Source of the DNA: a virus
Length of the DNA: 64,000 nt
Strand: one strand, 5' to 3'
Virus record (IMG/VR): IMGVR_UViG_3300045988_159959
The notes under the pieces are model-generated. The model ran no database searches and was not told where the DNA came from. It saw nothing but the letters and a program-made list of their open reading frames with translations. The translations under genes and the position numbers were made by a program. Within the stretch, counting starts at the first letter, position 1. The number at the start of each line of letters is the position of its first letter. Positions 42,211-50,002 of the stretch are shown here, one piece after another.

Positions 42211-45101
42211 ACCCCAAGTTTTATGAATTTACTATTACTGTTTACTTGCAATACATATTCTTCTTTGAACTTGTCAAAGTTAGCCTTTCCGCTTAATAGG
42301 AGAAGGTTTTTCTTTGTGGACTGAAAGAACTCTGCGTTTTCCTCATAATCGTCCGGGAAAATGACTACACGAAGGAACTTGTAATTGCTTTCAAGCAAAA
42401 GATTGGCAAACCGTCCTTTCTTTCCTTCTCTTTCTTCCACTTCTAAAACGTAACCGCCTACCATAACCATTTCATAGGTTGATCCGTCATAGTTCTGCAA
42501 ATCTTCCACATTGTAGAAAACCCCATTTTTGACTTTTGGTTTTAAATATTCTCTTACCAGCTCTTCATAGTCGAAGAAAGCAAATCCGGACTTGTTCTTT
42601 TGCTGCAATAGCCACCACCAATCCTTACCAATCTTTTTCTTTTCAAAGGCAAGAAAATATTCATCCTTTTCTTTATCAATTTTGATCTTATTCTTTTCTC
42701 GGCACTTTCCAAGCATGAACTCCCTTGCAGAAAAGATATTGGAAAATTCCCTTGTTTCATCCATCATATCGAACGCACCAGAATAGATAAGATTTTCAAT
42801 AACGGATTTATTCACTGCCGATCCTTTGAACGTATGACGATCAATAAATTCAGCCAAAGAAAAATACTCCCCATTTTTAGAGCGTTCTTCCATAATCTGA
42901 TTCTGTGCCTTTTCTCCTACTTGTTTTGTTGCATTGATTGCCCAATAGATACTATTATCTTTTTTGTCAGCCACAATGTTTATATCAGACTTGTTGATAT
43001 TTACAGGTTTGATTTCGATCCCTTCTGTCTGCTGCATTTCATTGACGTATTGAGGAAAGTCATCTTCACTTGCACGGGACAGAGCAACCGACCAAAATTC
43101 CAAAGGATAATGCACTTTCAGCCATAAAGAATTGTAAGCATTAATAGCGTAACTTGCTGAATGACTGTTACATGTTATAATCCCTTGATCTGTACAATAA
43201 TTATGATTCGGATCATCTATTTCCACATCGTAAACATTTTCTATTTTATCCAGTTCAATACTTACTATTTTCGATAAAGCAGATGGATATCCTTTCTCAC
43301 CTCTTTTCATCCTGCCAAATTCACGATAATGAATTTTCTTGTGACAAGAAGGACAGATAGCAATAAGATTTTCATCTTCATTATTTCTCCTGTTCCCGTC
43401 TCTATGGTGAATTTCCAATCTGCCTTCTTTCCCACAATTTTTACAAACTCCAAATCCACCATTTTTCTCTCTGAAAGATCCAAACTTAGAAGATTCTCCA
43501 TTTGTTTTTACAAAACCCATGTGTCCTTTTTTAGAGTTTAAAGATTCCGGATTGTATTTACTCCAATTTTTACCCCTCATATCGGTAAAATTGTATCGCT
43601 GACTATCCGTTTTCTCATACGGCATTTGCACATACAGATTATCTTCTCCTACTCTCAAATCTTTGCACATAACTTTACCTCTTTGAGTAGGGAATTTATG
43701 GTTGTCTGTTACAGATACAAAACGACCGTCCTCTAAAGTTATTTTATAAGTTTGCCTTACCCCAGCAAACCTAATATCTTTAATTTTTCGATCTCTTATA
43801 CGTCCATCTTCACACATAGTAAGACAAGTTCCATAGCCAACTCTCAAATATTTACTCCTAAGAGGAGTCCAATTGTTTGCTTTTGCAAATGCAAGATCGT
43901 TCTTAATCAAATACATTTCTTCGATAGTAGGTTGTCTTTTGTTTTTGGGACAAGAGTTTCTTAAAATTCTGTAACTGCCTGATATACAGCGGTTAAAAGC
44001 ATACAAACCAAATTTTTCCATCTGTTTCCAGAGTGCTTCTGCGCTTTCTTTCGTTACCCCTTTTGAAGCAAATCTCTTTACATACCCATCCACAAATTTA
44101 GGATGAATTTTCTCTACTTTGTCCTTCTTTTTTTTTGCAATTGCAGCACGAGCAACATCTGCTTCTTCTTCCGAAAAACCAGCAAGAACTTGCACCATTT
44201 TAACGATCTGTTCTTGGTATACTTGCACAGAATAAGTATTTTTCAGAATTTCTTCCGCTCCAATAGGGTATTCCGGCTCTTTTTCTCCGTTTTTCAAAGC
44301 AATGTAGTCCATGTGAAAACCATTTTCCATTGGCCCGGGACGGAACAAGGAAAGTGCTGCCACTACATCATCCATGTTTTTAGGCTTCAATTTTTGAGTA
44401 TAAGCGCACAATCCTTTTGCTGAAAACTGAAATATATCGCTAAGCCAACCGTTTGCAAAATATCTGTAAACCTCTGGATCATCATATTCTATATCAGAAT
44501 AGAGATTGATTTTCCTACCCGTATTCTTTTCAATCAGATTCAGAATATCAGTGAATTTGTCCAATTGCTCAATACCAAGAATATCTTCTTTCAAAAAACC
44601 GGCTTCGTCCATTTCTCCACCTTCCCATTCACTGACAATTAAATCGCCTGATTTTCTAACCGGACACCACTCATACATTGTCTTTTCTTTTGGAAAGATC
44701 ATCATAGCACAAGCATGAATAGAAGCTGCCTTTTGTTGTCCAAGAAGAAGAAAAACAATATTCATCATTTCTGGATATTTATTCAGAAATTGATTTACTT
44801 CTGACTTCTTGCAAGCAAGTTTCAAAAAATCTTCTTCTGTCTTTACATCTTCTATCATTTTAGTAAGCCTCCTAAGAGTAGGAATTGAGACTCCATAGAG
44901 CTTTCCTACATCGTTTATAGCCTGTTTTATCTGTAAAGTGGTATATGTACCCACAGAACAAACTTGCGAAGCTCCAAAACGATTTTCCATATATTGTTTT
45001 ACTGCCGGTCGGTATTCTCCCGGCACATCTGTATCAATGTCTAACGCTCCCCCTTGTCCGAAAACAAGGGGGAAATTGATCGGGGAGCGATCCCGGTACA
45101 A
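42207..45101 (-). CDS. dnaE: DNA polymerase III alpha (DnaE-type), C-terminal fragment (palm catalytic Asp onward), containing an intein
   Basis: GGALDIDTDVPG..R..V..Y....FG...VCSVGTYTT aligns with DnaE PDFDVDF...YG...V..I.TFGT; later FN(R)|intein|SHSASYA. The track start is a TTG; homology begins near codon 18. There is no credible independent start. Confidence 0.85.
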   Translation of the reverse strand: MYRDRSPINFPLVFGQGGALDIDTDVPGEYRPAVKQYMENRFGASQVCSVGTYTTLQIKQAINDVGKLYGVSIPTLRRLTKMIEDVKTEEDFLKLACKKSEVNQFLNKYPEMMNIVFLLLGQQKAASIHACAMMIFPKEKTMYEWCPVRKSGDLIVSEWEGGEMDEAGFLKEDILGIEQLDKFTDILNLIEKNTGRKINLYSDIEYDDPEVYRYFANGWLSDIFQFSAKGLCAYTQKLKPKNMDDVVAALSLFRPGPMENGFHMDYIALKNGEKEPEYPIGAEEILKNTYSVQVYQEQIVKMVQVLAGFSEEEADVARAAIAKKKKDKVEKIHPKFVDGYVKRFASKGVTKESAEALWKQMEKFGLYAFNRCISGSYRILRNSCPKNKRQPTIEEMYLIKNDLAFAKANNWTPLRSKYLRVGYGTCLTMCEDGRIRDRKIKDIRFAGVRQTYKITLEDGRFVSVTDNHKFPTQRGKVMCKDLRVGEDNLYVQMPYEKTDSQRYNFTDMRGKNWSKYNPESLNSKKGHMGFVKTNGESSKFGSFREKNGGFGVCKNCGKEGRLEIHHRDGNRRNNEDENLIAICPSCHKKIHYREFGRMKRGEKGYPSALSKIVSIELDKIENVYDVEIDDPNHNYCTDQGIITCNSHSASYAINAYNSLWLKVHYPLEFWSVALSRASEDDFPQYVNEMQQTEGIEIKPVNINKSDINIVADKKDNSIYWAINATKQVGEKAQNQIMEERSKNGEYFSLAEFIDRHTFKGSAVNKSVIENLIYSGAFDMMDETREFSNIFSAREFMLGKCREKNKIKIDKEKDEYFLAFEKKKIGKDWWWLLQQKNKSGFAFFDYEELVREYLKPKVKNGVFYNVEDLQNYDGSTYEMVMVGGYVLEVEEREGKKGRFANLLLESNYKFLRVVIFPDDYEENAEFFQSTKKNLLLLSGKANFDKFKEEYVLQVNSNSKFIKLGV
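43167..43988 (-). mobile_element. 274-aa intein with an HNH endonuclease domain in DnaE
   Basis: Inserted between YAFNR and SHSASYA. Starts CISGSY. Block B is SVTDNHKF. HNH domain CKNCGKEGRLEIHHRDGNRRNN..NLIAICPSCHKKIH. Ends VYDVEIDD..GIITCN|S. Confidence 0.8.
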
Positions 45102-45109
45102 ATCGCTCC
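45049..45109 (-). other. two adjacent GC-rich hairpins at the downstream edge of the IscB insertion
   Basis: On the minus strand: GGAGCGAT-10 nt-ATCGCTCC (45109-45084), then CCCCCTTG-ttttcgga-CAAGGGGG (45072-45049). Perfect 8-bp stems in AT-rich DNA. Confidence 0.6.
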
Positions 45110-45170
45110 ACCTCTATTTCTTTAATTTTTTCTATTTTCATATACCAAAATATATTAAAATTAATAAAAA

Positions 45171-46400
45171 CTATTCATTTTCTTTAATACACATAGGATG
45201 TCTCTTCCCTCTGCATAATTTGATTTTCCTATACGAAGCATCTTTTGGATTATTCCCTTCGATATCCCGGATATTGAAACTACCTGTTTTTCTTCTACCA
45301 TATATAAACATTATTTTATTGTTATATAATACTTTATCAAATAAACGAAATCCAAAAACCTCAAATGGAGATTGATTCATACGTTTCAATCCTCCCTTCT
45401 GAATCTTTATTTTATGAATCTGGCGATTATGTCTTCTAATCAATTTTATCCTATAAAGGCAATTAATTCTATCAGCTTCGAAGTTCTTGGATATAATAAA
45501 AGCATCAGATGCATGAGATTTCTTTATGTTATGAATTATACGGTTGTGTTTCGTTACATAACCGTATGTCATGAATACGTTTGGATACAAACCTTTTAAA
45601 CAATCACACAACCTCCATCTCATTATCCCCATTACGGCAGCGTCGCGAAGCGACTTGCCTCTCCGTATCTTCAAGTCTATCTTACCTTTATGATAATCAT
45701 CATGACATGTCTCACATAAGGTTATTAAATTGGATGGAGAATCACCACCGGTTTTCCTTGATTCAATATGATGAACGTTAAGGACCTTGTTTTTTGACTT
45801 ACCCTTGCAATGACAGCATTTGTGACCATCACGGTATAAGACATATTCCCTTACGTTCCAAAAACCAAGTTGTTCTCCTTCTTGATATAATTTACCCTCT
45901 ATGTCAGGATTCTTGATCTTTTGTGTATCAAATTGAGCTACTTCAATAACGAGGCGAGTAATTGGCAAAATAGAATACACATTTTGAATAACGCGAATAT
46001 GAGCGTCTATCTTGTTCTGCACCGAAGGTGCTAACCATCCTTCACGTTTTGATTTTATCCTATTATCAAAACGAGGTTTTCTATACCTCAATCTTGACCG
46101 CCTTGTCCGTCTTAGCTCTCTCCTTGTAGACAAAAGATCTACCATATCACTTCTCAGAGTCACTTCACTCGCATAAAGCTCTTTGCTTTTCGTCGTTGCT
46201 GACAAACCAACATGTTTGGTTCCGGCATCAACGCCTAACGTAATTTCTTGTTTGTAACTATCGGATATGTACGTCAATCGGATGGTAAACGGACATAGGT
46301 TTACAACGACCGCCTGTTTTGTTTTAAGCAGTCTCCTAACCTTTCCATGCCTTGTTGTTGGCATAAGCGGTTTACCTTCTATGTTCTGTACATACACCAT
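45171..46400 (-). CDS. iscB: IscB RNA-guided nuclease (PLMP, split RuvC, bridge helix, HNH)
   Basis: EGKPLMPTTRHGKVRRLL (PLMP domain); LGVDAGTKHVG (RuvC-I); RRELRRTRRSRLRYRKPRFDNR (Arg-rich bridge helix); LVIEVAQFD (RuvC-II); CCHCKG..NVHHI..NLITLCETCHDDYH (HNH); SHASDAFII (RuvC-III); C-terminal FRLFDKV..GRRKTGSF. Confidence 0.9.
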   Translation of the reverse strand: MVYVQNIEGKPLMPTTRHGKVRRLLKTKQAVVVNLCPFTIRLTYISDSYKQEITLGVDAGTKHVGLSATTKSKELYASEVTLRSDMVDLLSTRRELRRTRRSRLRYRKPRFDNRIKSKREGWLAPSVQNKIDAHIRVIQNVYSILPITRLVIEVAQFDTQKIKNPDIEGKLYQEGEQLGFWNVREYVLYRDGHKCCHCKGKSKNKVLNVHHIESRKTGGDSPSNLITLCETCHDDYHKGKIDLKIRRGKSLRDAAVMGIMRWRLCDCLKGLYPNVFMTYGYVTKHNRIIHNIKKSHASDAFIISKNFEADRINCLYRIKLIRRHNRQIHKIKIQKGGLKRMNQSPFEVFGFRLFDKVLYNNKIMFIYGRRKTGSFNIRDIEGNNPKDASYRKIKLCRGKRHPMCIKENE

Positions 46401-46709
46401 TATTCACAAACAACATAATGTTTATTCAACATAAGTCAGGATAAAAATCCTGTTAGTACCCATCGCCAATGTTATCAAAGGTTTGTTGTAAGCAACACTG
46501 TTTCCCAAATACAAAAACTGTTTAATCACTTACCTTAGAACTACAGACTTGGGCAAATATCCGTAGGTAACTATCTATTCTTTAATAACGTAGTTCTTGT
46601 TTCAGAACTTAGGCTAATAACCAGATCCGATTTTACGGATGTATTAAAATGGGATAATGATTTTATCTGATTTTAATACTATTTGCGGTTATATTCTTGT
46701 TACTTGATA
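46401..46709 (-). ncRNA. candidate IscB omega RNA (HEARO-type) or other structured RNA upstream of iscB
   Basis: 309 nt without an ORF, directly 5' of iscB, where IscB guide RNAs are encoded. Minus-strand hairpins: ATCCG-taaaat-CGGAT, GTTCT-gaaaca-AGAAC, CAGGAT-tttt-ATCCTG. It may extend 5' to about 46829. Confidence 0.5.
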
Positions 46710-48263
46710 TTAGACTAAAATGTCATCTCCTACTTTCAACGCTTTAGTTGTTATATTGATAGGAAGGATTTTCTTTTTCCCGTCTGCAAGAGTTACCTCA
46801 TACATCTTTTTCTTTTCAAAATGTCCTAATCGTCCTCTTGTCAAAAATCTTTCAAAAAGTAAGTTAAACTTCAAAGGATGTGTATTTATGATACCAAAAA
46901 GATAAGAAATTAAAGAACCGCTTGCACTTCCGCGACCCGCACCTAACAAAATGTTATTCTTTTTACACCAATTGACAATATCACGCAAAATCAAAAAGTA
47001 ATCCACAACATCACCAAACTTAATAATCTTAGATTCTCTTTCGATCCTTTCCACAAGCACATCTTCCGAGTAATCTTCCAAAAGTTCCGGTTTGTTCTCC
47101 AACCCTTCATAAATCAAAGAATCAAACATATCTTCATTGGAAGTGTATTTTTTCTTTTCTTCTTTTGTCATTTCATAACGGGGAAGATGTCGACTGTCAG
47201 TAGGAATTTCAAAGTTGCAATTTTCCGCAATCATATCAGCGTTAGTCCTTGCTACCATATAAAATTCCTCCCCTCTTTCACTATCCCCGAACAAAGAAAG
47301 AAGTTCTTCCATGTAAGTCGCTTCATCTTTGAAATACTGATTGCCGGATTTGTAGTTTACTTTCCCGTCAATCTTATTTACGACTTCCCGAAGTATGGCA
47401 TATTCCGGCTCAATATAATAAGCATCACAAATAGCTACGGGCTTCATTTTGGACTTATAGAACTGTTCAAAGTTCATCAAATAGAAGGTATCCCTATCGT
47501 TCTTTGTGTATTTCACGGTATCTACTTGCCAAAACACATTGGGTTTGTTTCTCAAAAGGATAGGAACATCTTCAAGCTGTATTGTTTTTGGATCGAATAC
47601 AATGTACACATCTGAAACATGTTCCGACATGTCTTTTGGAGAAACGAATTTTCCATTATCACCACAGTTCAAAATCTTGTTTAATGCAAGCAAATGCTGC
47701 CAGCCCTTTTCATTCTTTGCATAGACTTTGTAAGTATAGACAATATCCTTCTTTTCATCCTTTACCGGGACTTCCAGACCAAACACAGGGATGATTCCTT
47801 CTGCCTTGCAAGCGTTTTGAAATTTGAGCGCACCTGCCAAAGTTGCTTTTTCAACAATCCCCAATCTTTCTATTCCTAAGAATTTGGCTTTCTTTACCCA
47901 ATCCGGGTACAATCCCGTACCATTCAAAAGTTCAAACGATCCATGTACTCCCAAAAAATTAGTGGAAAGACCTGCCATTTCACTTTGTCCTCTCCATTTT
48001 ACCCGGTTAAGTTTAGGCTCGTTTTCCTTCCCTTTGTCCAATGTGTACCATACACCACCAAGACGAAAGATGTAACCATCTTCTTCGGTGCGTTCACAAT
48101 CCCAACGAAAATCCTCTGAAAAGAAATATCCATCTTCGTTAGGCTCAAAAACTTCGTATGATTTTCCCTCAAAGAAAACAGTGTAATTTTCTTTGTCGAG
48201 AGAGTATTGTATGGTATTGGAAGAAAGGTATTCTTCCAACTCATTTAAAAGTCGATCCATCAT
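46710..48263 (-). CDS. dnaE: DNA polymerase III alpha (DnaE-type), N-terminal fragment (PHP domain to LFERFL), with a 39-codon read-through tail
   Basis: PHP-like LGVHGSFELLNG..AKFLGIERLGIVEK..GIIPVFGLEV; later GAGRGSASGSLISYLFGII..HPLKFNLLFERFLTRGR, then non-homologous LGHFEKKKMYEVTLADGKKKILPINITTKALKVGDDILV-stop. Confidence 0.85.
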   Translation of the reverse strand: MMDRLLNELEEYLSSNTIQYSLDKENYTVFFEGKSYEVFEPNEDGYFFSEDFRWDCERTEEDGYIFRLGGVWYTLDKGKENEPKLNRVKWRGQSEMAGLSTNFLGVHGSFELLNGTGLYPDWVKKAKFLGIERLGIVEKATLAGALKFQNACKAEGIIPVFGLEVPVKDEKKDIVYTYKVYAKNEKGWQHLLALNKILNCGDNGKFVSPKDMSEHVSDVYIVFDPKTIQLEDVPILLRNKPNVFWQVDTVKYTKNDRDTFYLMNFEQFYKSKMKPVAICDAYYIEPEYAILREVVNKIDGKVNYKSGNQYFKDEATYMEELLSLFGDSERGEEFYMVARTNADMIAENCNFEIPTDSRHLPRYEMTKEEKKKYTSNEDMFDSLIYEGLENKPELLEDYSEDVLVERIERESKIIKFGDVVDYFLILRDIVNWCKKNNILLGAGRGSASGSLISYLFGIINTHPLKFNLLFERFLTRGRLGHFEKKKMYEVTLADGKKKILPINITTKALKVGDDILV

Positions 48264-48288
48264 GTTTTCTTCTTTTCGTTTTCACAAG

Positions 48289-48320
48289 CAAACATACAAC
48301 TTTTGTATGCAATCATTGTA
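48289..48320 (-). promoter_or_regulatory. -7 box TATGTTTG within a 32-nt element that recurs inverted at 58056-58087
   Basis: Minus-strand TATGTTTG (48296-48289) lies 25 nt upstream of the dnaE ATG. Contains the hairpin CATACAA-ctt-TTGTATG. Confidence 0.45.
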
Positions 48321-48345
48321 TGTTTTTACAATCCTTAACCCTGTT

Positions 48346-48894
48346 TTAACCTAAGTTCATTCTTGTGCTAAGTACACTTTTTATAAACTTCAATCGATTA
48401 AAAGGAGTGTCATTTGGTACTACTTCATAAGATAATCTTCTTTCCATCAAAAACTTTCTTATTTCTGCATCCCAACATTTTCTTCTTTCTGCGTCCGCCA
48501 TTCTTTCCCCATCACTCTCTACTTCCCAATAAATAGGGAAATAAAAGATAACAGGAAGGAAATATTCACTAACGTTTATAAAATCCAATTGTCTTTTCAG
48601 TTCTACATCTCTTTGAATAGAAGCAGGTATTGTTTTTGTAAACGTATGCACATCTATTATACCTCTATCGGAAACATAGCAATCTGTGTTCAGTAGTTCC
48701 GCATACTTGTCAAAAATCAGTTTTTGATTTTGGACAGAAGTAAAGGAAGGTTCTATCTTCCCTTCCTTTACCAACTGTCTTGTTATGCTATCTATTTTGT
48801 CGAACCGGTCAAATGATCTGTCTTTCTTTAAAAGCTCAAACACAGAAGTTTTTCCAACACACGAAGCTCCCAAAAAAGTTATAGCCCTAACCAT
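48346..48894 (-). CDS. P-loop nucleotide/nucleoside kinase-like protein
   Basis: N-terminal Walker A FLGASCVGKTS, about 180 aa. Adjacent to MazG. Confidence 0.55.
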   Translation of the reverse strand: MVRAITFLGASCVGKTSVFELLKKDRSFDRFDKIDSITRQLVKEGKIEPSFTSVQNQKLIFDKYAELLNTDCYVSDRGIIDVHTFTKTIPASIQRDVELKRQLDFINVSEYFLPVIFYFPIYWEVESDGERMADAERRKCWDAEIRKFLMERRLSYEVVPNDTPFNRLKFIKSVLSTRMNLG

Positions 48895-49448
48895 TACCGA
48901 TTATCTCCGTCACCATGAATTTTGTTTTCTGCCTTTCTCTTTGCCAGCTTTTCTACATTCTGCTTTGCAATGGATACCAAAGACTGATCTTGTTCCTTCC
49001 CTTCAATGAAAGTAACAAGATTCTGTAATCCTACAAGAATCTGTTCCAACGCCATATGACAAAGTTCTTTTCTCTTTTCAGGGAAAGGTTTACTGTAATC
49101 ATCGTCCCGGAAGTATTTCTTCACCTGTCCGTTAATGATACCTACTTGTTGAAGCAAATAGGACGGGTCTGCCCTGCGAATATCTTCACCATCCAATCTG
49201 TCTATTCCAATGTGTAATTCTTTGGGGAACTCAACCGGCGGCAATTGCAATTCCTGTCTTGTCATAGCGACATACCAAAGGACGTCTCCTATTTCCTTCA
49301 TGATCTCCTTTGCTTCGGCAGCGTTATCTACCTTTTCATAAACTTCTGCCAATTCATTGGTAAGTCCCATTATCACATACGGGATAGCTACCTCTTTTGC
49401 ATAACACGCTGTTGAAGCCGCGTGCGCTTCATACTCTTTAAAAGTCAT
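48894..49448 (-). CDS. mazG: MazG-like nucleoside triphosphate pyrophosphohydrolase
   Basis: LTNELAEVYEKV ... EIGDVLWYVAM (the EExxE/D helix pair) and a C-terminal KLAKRK. Confidence 0.7.
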   Translation of the reverse strand: MTFKEYEAHAASTACYAKEVAIPYVIMGLTNELAEVYEKVDNAAEAKEIMKEIGDVLWYVAMTRQELQLPPVEFPKELHIGIDRLDGEDIRRADPSYLLQQVGIINGQVKKYFRDDDYSKPFPEKRKELCHMALEQILVGLQNLVTFIEGKEQDQSLVSIAKQNVEKLAKRKAENKIHGDGDNR

Positions 49449-49471
49449 AATACGAATTTAAATTAATTGAT

Positions 49472-49960
49472 TTACAACAACTTACCATCAAAACACATGA
49501 TAAGCCTTTTTATTTTGATGTTTGAATATTCCACATCTTTTTTCTTTCCGTTTACTTTGATAGTGACCGTTTGATTCTTTATATCGTTCTTCAAAATCCG
49601 ATACTCCTTGTCGTCATAAATGACAATCTGATCCTTCCCAAGTAAATAGATCATATCCCAAAACCACTGTGAGTTTCTTTTCTGCTCATTGGTGGAATAC
49701 TGGAAATTAGGAATACCAGTAGGGTTCAAAAATTCTTTCTCATAGAAAGAAAAGTATTCTTCTACTGAAAAGAAAATAGACCGTTTGAAATGTTTCTTTG
49801 CCAACAATTCAATCCGTTCTTTCTTAAATTCTGCAATATCATTTGCCATCTTGATAAATTCCGGCTTATCAAAGATAAGGCTCCTTACCTTATGGGTAAA
49901 GTATTCCAATTGGAGCACTTTCAAATATTCGTCTATCGACAATTCTCTGCTTCTATCCAT
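49472..49960 (-). CDS. hypothetical protein (162 aa)
   Basis: ATG ORF in the array. Confidence 0.6.
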   Translation of the reverse strand: MDRSRELSIDEYLKVLQLEYFTHKVRSLIFDKPEFIKMANDIAEFKKERIELLAKKHFKRSIFFSVEEYFSFYEKEFLNPTGIPNFQYSTNEQKRNSQWFWDMIYLLGKDQIVIYDDKEYRILKNDIKNQTVTIKVNGKKKDVEYSNIKIKRLIMCFDGKLL

Positions 49961-50002
49961 CTGATCTTATGATTTGTAGTTTTCAACAAAAGTAGGAATA
50001 AC

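Larger units (their letters stand above)
45048..46829 (-). mobile_element. IscB plus upstream RNA (OMEGA/HEARO-type) insertion interrupting dnaE; boundaries approximate
   Basis: DnaE homology stops at ..LFERFLTRGR(LG) near 46830-46824 and resumes at (G)GALDIDTD near 45053-45047. The interval holds iscB, a 309-nt ORF-free leader and two GC hairpins. Confidence 0.7.

Noticed and set aside
45102-46826. A naturally split intein (trans-splicing DnaE halves, as in cyanobacteria), because the N-fragment tail looks Hint-like.
   Set aside because: The C-fragment has at most about 20 residues before DnaE homology resumes, with no His-Asn or Cys/Ser/Thr junction. There is no room for a C-intein. The tail also lacks a Cys/Ser/Ala-1 block A in register.
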